From: Actinomycetes bacterium
GTDB taxonomy: Bacteria > Actinomycetota > Actinomycetes > Propionibacteriales > Propionibacteriaceae
Direction of reading: 5' to 3'
Length of the DNA: 64,000 nucleotides
NCBI GenBank assembly: GCA_023443125.1
Contig: JAEZVO010000028.1
Location: 44-64,043 of the forward strand
Part shown: positions 60,959 to 64,000 of the stretch, in pieces
Position numbering within the stretch: position 1 is the first letter of the stretch
Layout: each line of letters starts with the position of its first letter
Notes under the pieces: generated by a model
The model's input: the letters and a program-made list of their open reading frames with translations, nothing else
The model's database searches: none
What the model was told of the DNA's origin: nothing
Position numbers and translations under genes: made by a program

Positions 60959-61330
60959 TCAGGCGCTCACGATGCGCTTGCCGAAGGGGAAGCAGCTCAC
61001 CGGAATCATCTTGAGGCTCACCACAGCGTTGGTGATGCCGACGATGGTGATCGCCTGACCGAGCGCGGTCACCACGTGCACCAGCGCGAGCGCCCACCCC
61101 AGCAGGATGAACCAGATCACGTTGATGACGGTAGAGAACGCGCCAGCGCTCGGCTTCTTCTCGACGCGCTTTCCGAACGGCCACAGCACATACGCGGCCA
61201 TGCGCATGAACGCCACGCCCACGGGAATGGTGACGATCAACAGGCAGCTGACAAGCCCCACCAGGAAATAGGCCAGCGCCAGCCAGATGCCGCCGAATAC
61301 GAGCCAGATGATGTTCAACACAGTACGCAC
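60959..61330 (-). CDS. YccF-domain inner membrane protein
   Basis: LNIIWLVFGG...IVTIPVG...LWPFG, internally duplicated. Confidence 0.9.
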   Translation of the reverse strand: MRTVLNIIWLVFGGIWLALAYFLVGLVSCLLIVTIPVGVAFMRMAAYVLWPFGKRVEKKPSAGAFSTVINVIWFILLGWALALVHVVTALGQAITIVGITNAVVSLKMIPVSCFPFGKRIVSA

Positions 61331-61404
61331 GGATGCCTCCTTAGTTACCTCGAGCCTACCTGCTCCCCCGCCCCGCCACGCGCGGTCCTCGCTACAGTGG
61401 TGCG

Positions 61405-62118
61405 GTGACTTCCGCCCGTCCCCACCGTGACATCGTGAGCTTCGTGCGCCGCAGCTCCCGCATGAACGATTCGCAGCGCACCGCACTGGAGCGCCACGGC
61501 AGCGAGTTCATCGTCGACGTGCCCACCGGCGAGCTGGAGACATCCATCGCCGACGGCGCCAGCGTCGACTGGACCGCGACGTTCGGGCGCGAGGGCGAGC
61601 TCATCGTCGAAATCGGCTCCGGCAGCGGCGACTCCCTCGTCCCCATGGCTGCCGGGCGCCCGGAGGCGAACATCGTCGCCTTCGAGGTGTTTGAGCGGGC
61701 GGTGGCGTCTACGGTGGGGCGGCTCGCCCGCGAACAAGTGGGCAACGTGCGGCTCGTGATGGCCGACGGCGCCCAGGGCCTCCGGCAGTTATTCGCCGAC
61801 GGCTCCCTCACCGAGGTCTGGACGTTCTTCGCCGATCCGTGGCACAAGGCGCGTCACCACAAGCGGCGGCTGGTCTCGCGTGGGTTTGGCGACGTGGTGG
61901 CGGCCAAGCTGCGCCCCGGCGGGTGTTGGCGGCTGGCCACCGACTGGGAGGATTACGCCTTGTGGATGCGGGAACAGCTCGACGACCACCCCCTGCTGCG
62001 CAACGTGCATGACGGCTGGGCGCCGCGCCTTGCTGAGCGCCCGGTCACGAAGTACGAGGCGCGCGGGCTCGCCGCGGGCCGCCAGGTGTTCGACCTCACG
62101 TACGAGCGCCGGCCATGA
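61405..62118 (+). CDS. trmB: tRNA (guanine-N7)-methyltransferase
   Basis: EIGSGSG, FFADPWHKARHHKRR, ATDWEDYA, TKYE. Confidence 0.95.
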   Translation: MTSARPHRDIVSFVRRSSRMNDSQRTALERHGSEFIVDVPTGELETSIADGASVDWTATFGREGELIVEIGSGSGDSLVPMAAGRPEANIVAFEVFERAVASTVGRLAREQVGNVRLVMADGAQGLRQLFADGSLTEVWTFFADPWHKARHHKRRLVSRGFGDVVAAKLRPGGCWRLATDWEDYALWMREQLDDHPLLRNVHDGWAPRLAERPVTKYEARGLAAGRQVFDLTYERRP

Positions 62119-62930
62119 GGCTCCGCATCGACCTCGCCTACGACGGGCGCGACTTCCACGGCTGGGCCGCGCAGCCCGGCCTGCGCACGGTGCAAGGCGA
62201 GCTCGAAACGTGGATTGGCAAGGTGCTCCGCAGCGCCGAGCCGTCGTCGCTCACCGTGGCCGGCCGCACCGACGCCGGCGTGCATGCCCGCGGGCAGGTG
62301 TGTCACCTCGACGTGGAGCGCCCCTCCCCCACGATCTGCGACGACCTCCTCCGACGTCTGCGCAAGGTGTTGCCCGACGACATCGTCGTGCGTAGCGTCG
62401 CCCCTGCCCCTGACGGGTTCGACGCGCGCTTCTCCGCCATCTGGCGCCGCTACTCCTACCGGGTGCTGCCCGCAGACCAGGTGCCCGACCCACTGCAGCG
62501 CGGCCACGTCGTCGCGCTGCGGCACGGGGTCGACGTCGCGCTCCTGAACGACGCCGCACCCCTCCTCCTGGGCCTCAGGGATTTCGCCCCATTCTGCAAG
62601 CCTCGCGACGGCGCCACCACCATCCGCGAACTGCGCGAGCTGAGGGCAACCCGGCGTGACGACGGCGTCGTCGAAATTCATCTGCTCGCCGACGCGTTTT
62701 GTCACTCGATGGTGCGCTCGCTCGTCGGTGCGCTGCTGGCGGTGGCCGGCGGGGCTCGCGACGTGGCGTGGCTGGAGCGCGTCGCCGCACACCCTGAGCG
62801 CCACAACGAGGTGCTCGTGATGCCCGCGCACGGGTTGGTGCTAGAGGAGATCGGGTATCCGCCCGACGACGAACTCGCCGCCCGCGCAGCCACGGCCCGC
62901 GCCGTTCGATCCCTCGAGGAGCCCTCATGA
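62115..62930 (+). CDS. truA: tRNA pseudouridine(38-40) synthase
   Basis: AYDGRDFHGW, AGRTDAGVHA, AFCHSMVR. Confidence 0.96.
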   Translation: MRLRIDLAYDGRDFHGWAAQPGLRTVQGELETWIGKVLRSAEPSSLTVAGRTDAGVHARGQVCHLDVERPSPTICDDLLRRLRKVLPDDIVVRSVAPAPDGFDARFSAIWRRYSYRVLPADQVPDPLQRGHVVALRHGVDVALLNDAAPLLLGLRDFAPFCKPRDGATTIRELRELRATRRDDGVVEIHLLADAFCHSMVRSLVGALLAVAGGARDVAWLERVAAHPERHNEVLVMPAHGLVLEEIGYPPDDELAARAATARAVRSLEEPS

Positions 62931-63520
62931 GCCACTATTTCGAAACCCCCGACGAGCCGCTCGTCACCCGCACCATTGACGCCACCATCTTTGGCAACAA
63001 CCTCACGTTCACGACGGCCCGAGGTGTGTTCTCCGGAACTCGGCTGGACCCGGGCACGAGCGTGCTGTTGCGCGAGATTGGCCCACCGTCAGAAGGCCAC
63101 ATTCTGGACCTGGGCTGCGGGTTTGGTCCGATCGCCGTGGGGCTGGCCGTCGCGTCGCCGAAGGTCACCGTCGACGTGGTGGACGTGAACGCGCATGCCG
63201 TGGCGCTCACGAACATGAACGCGGAGGCGCACGGCGTGGCCGACAGAGTGAGGGCGGCCACCGACGCGCAGGGCCCGTTCGACGAGATCTGGTCGAACCC
63301 CCCGATCCGCATCGGGAAAGATGCGCTCCACACGTTGCTGCTCAGGTGGCTGCCGAGGCTGCGCCCCGACGGCACGGCCTGGATGGTGGTGAGCAAGAAT
63401 CTGGGCGGCGATTCCCTTGCCAAGTGGCTCAACGACGAGGGCTGGCCGACGAAGAAAGTGGCCTCCGCGAAGGGCTTCCGTGTGCTTCAAACTACTTGGG
63501 CGCGGGAATATTCCGGCTAG
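62927..63520 (+). CDS. Class I SAM-dependent methyltransferase (RsmC/MTS-like)
   Basis: GVFS..RLDPGT, LDLGCGFG, SNPPIR. Confidence 0.9.
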   Translation: MSHYFETPDEPLVTRTIDATIFGNNLTFTTARGVFSGTRLDPGTSVLLREIGPPSEGHILDLGCGFGPIAVGLAVASPKVTVDVVDVNAHAVALTNMNAEAHGVADRVRAATDAQGPFDEIWSNPPIRIGKDALHTLLLRWLPRLRPDGTAWMVVSKNLGGDSLAKWLNDEGWPTKKVASAKGFRVLQTTWAREYSG

Positions 63521-63565
63521 GGTGGGAGTTGTAGCCAGTGAACGCTCCTCGAAAGGATATTGGCA

Positions 63566-64000
63566 ATGACCTACGTTCTTCCCGACCTCGACTACGACTA
63601 CGGCGCACTCGCCCCCCACATCGCCCCTGAGATCATGGAGCTGCACCACAGCAAGCACCATGCCACCTACGTCAAGGGCCTCAACACCGCGCTCGAGCAG
63701 CTCGCCGAGGCGCGCGAGAAGGGCGAACTCGGCACCGTCAACAAGCTCGCCAAGGACGTCGCCTTCAACCTCGGCGGCCACGTGAACCACTCCGTGTTCT
63801 GGAAGAACATGTCCCCCGACGGTGGCGGCGAGCCCGAAGGCGCTCTCTCCGACGCGATCACCGAGGGCTTCGGCTCCTTCGAAGGCTTCAAGAAGCAGTT
63901 CAACGCCACCGCGCTCGGCATCCAGGGCTCCGGCTGGGCCATCCTCGCGCTCGACACCCTGGGCGGCCAGCTCCTCGTGCACCAGCTCTACGATCAGCAG
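63566..64000 (+). CDS. sodA: Fe/Mn superoxide dismutase, 3'-truncated by window
   Basis: [19 protein letters not shown]...[23 protein letters not shown]. Confidence 0.95.
   Translation, partial: MTYVLPDLDYDYGALAPHIAPEIMELHHSKHHATYVKGLNTALEQLAEAREKGELGTVNKLAKDVAFNLGGHVNHSVFWKNMSPDGGGEPEGALSDAITEGFGSFEGFKKQFNATALGIQGSGWAILALDTLGGQLLVHQLYDQQ

Larger units (their letters stand above)
58122..60959. mobile_element. Integrated plasmid-derived relic bounded by 170-bp direct repeats of the dtd 3' end
   Basis: 58122..58291 vs 60790..60959, 7 mismatches by eye; interior has rep and TA fragments. Confidence 0.85.

Overview
High-GC actinobacterial chromosome segment; gene content (succinate/propionate CoA-transferase, anchored-repeat ABC system, pRGO1-like plasmid relic) suggests Propionibacteriaceae, which is an inference. 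The backbone is ordinary housekeeping: 2-oxoacid dehydrogenase E2 (5'-partial), GH2 beta-galactosidase, a probably Zur-controlled anchored-repeat metal ABC operon, lipB-lipA, glnA, a ROK/PGM/nucleotidyltransferase/GHMP-kinase sugar cluster, CoA-transferase, an FMN-riboswitch ABC transporter, glnE, glnA2, map, rnpB, trkH/trkA, glmM, rpsI-rplM, dtd, trmB, truA and sodA (3'-partial). Three accessory patches interrupt it. (1) About 20.9-31.1 kb: a two-component system, a permuted NlpC/P60 enzyme with a lipoprotein partner, IS3 relics, and a type VII (WXG100-like) toxin module. The toxin C-terminus carries colicin M-like motifs and is followed by a lipoprotein; this is the best candidate for an undescribed system. 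(2) About 47.6-50.3 kb: a phage head-module fragment with a MuF-type nuclease toxin and a probable immunity gene. (3) About 58.1-61.0 kb: a ColE2/pAL5000-type plasmid relic integrated through a 170-bp duplication of the dtd 3' end. Patches 1 and 2 are punctuated by one REP-like palindromic repeat family. No CRISPR array, tRNA or rRNA was seen. All calls come from reading motifs by eye; no searches were run.
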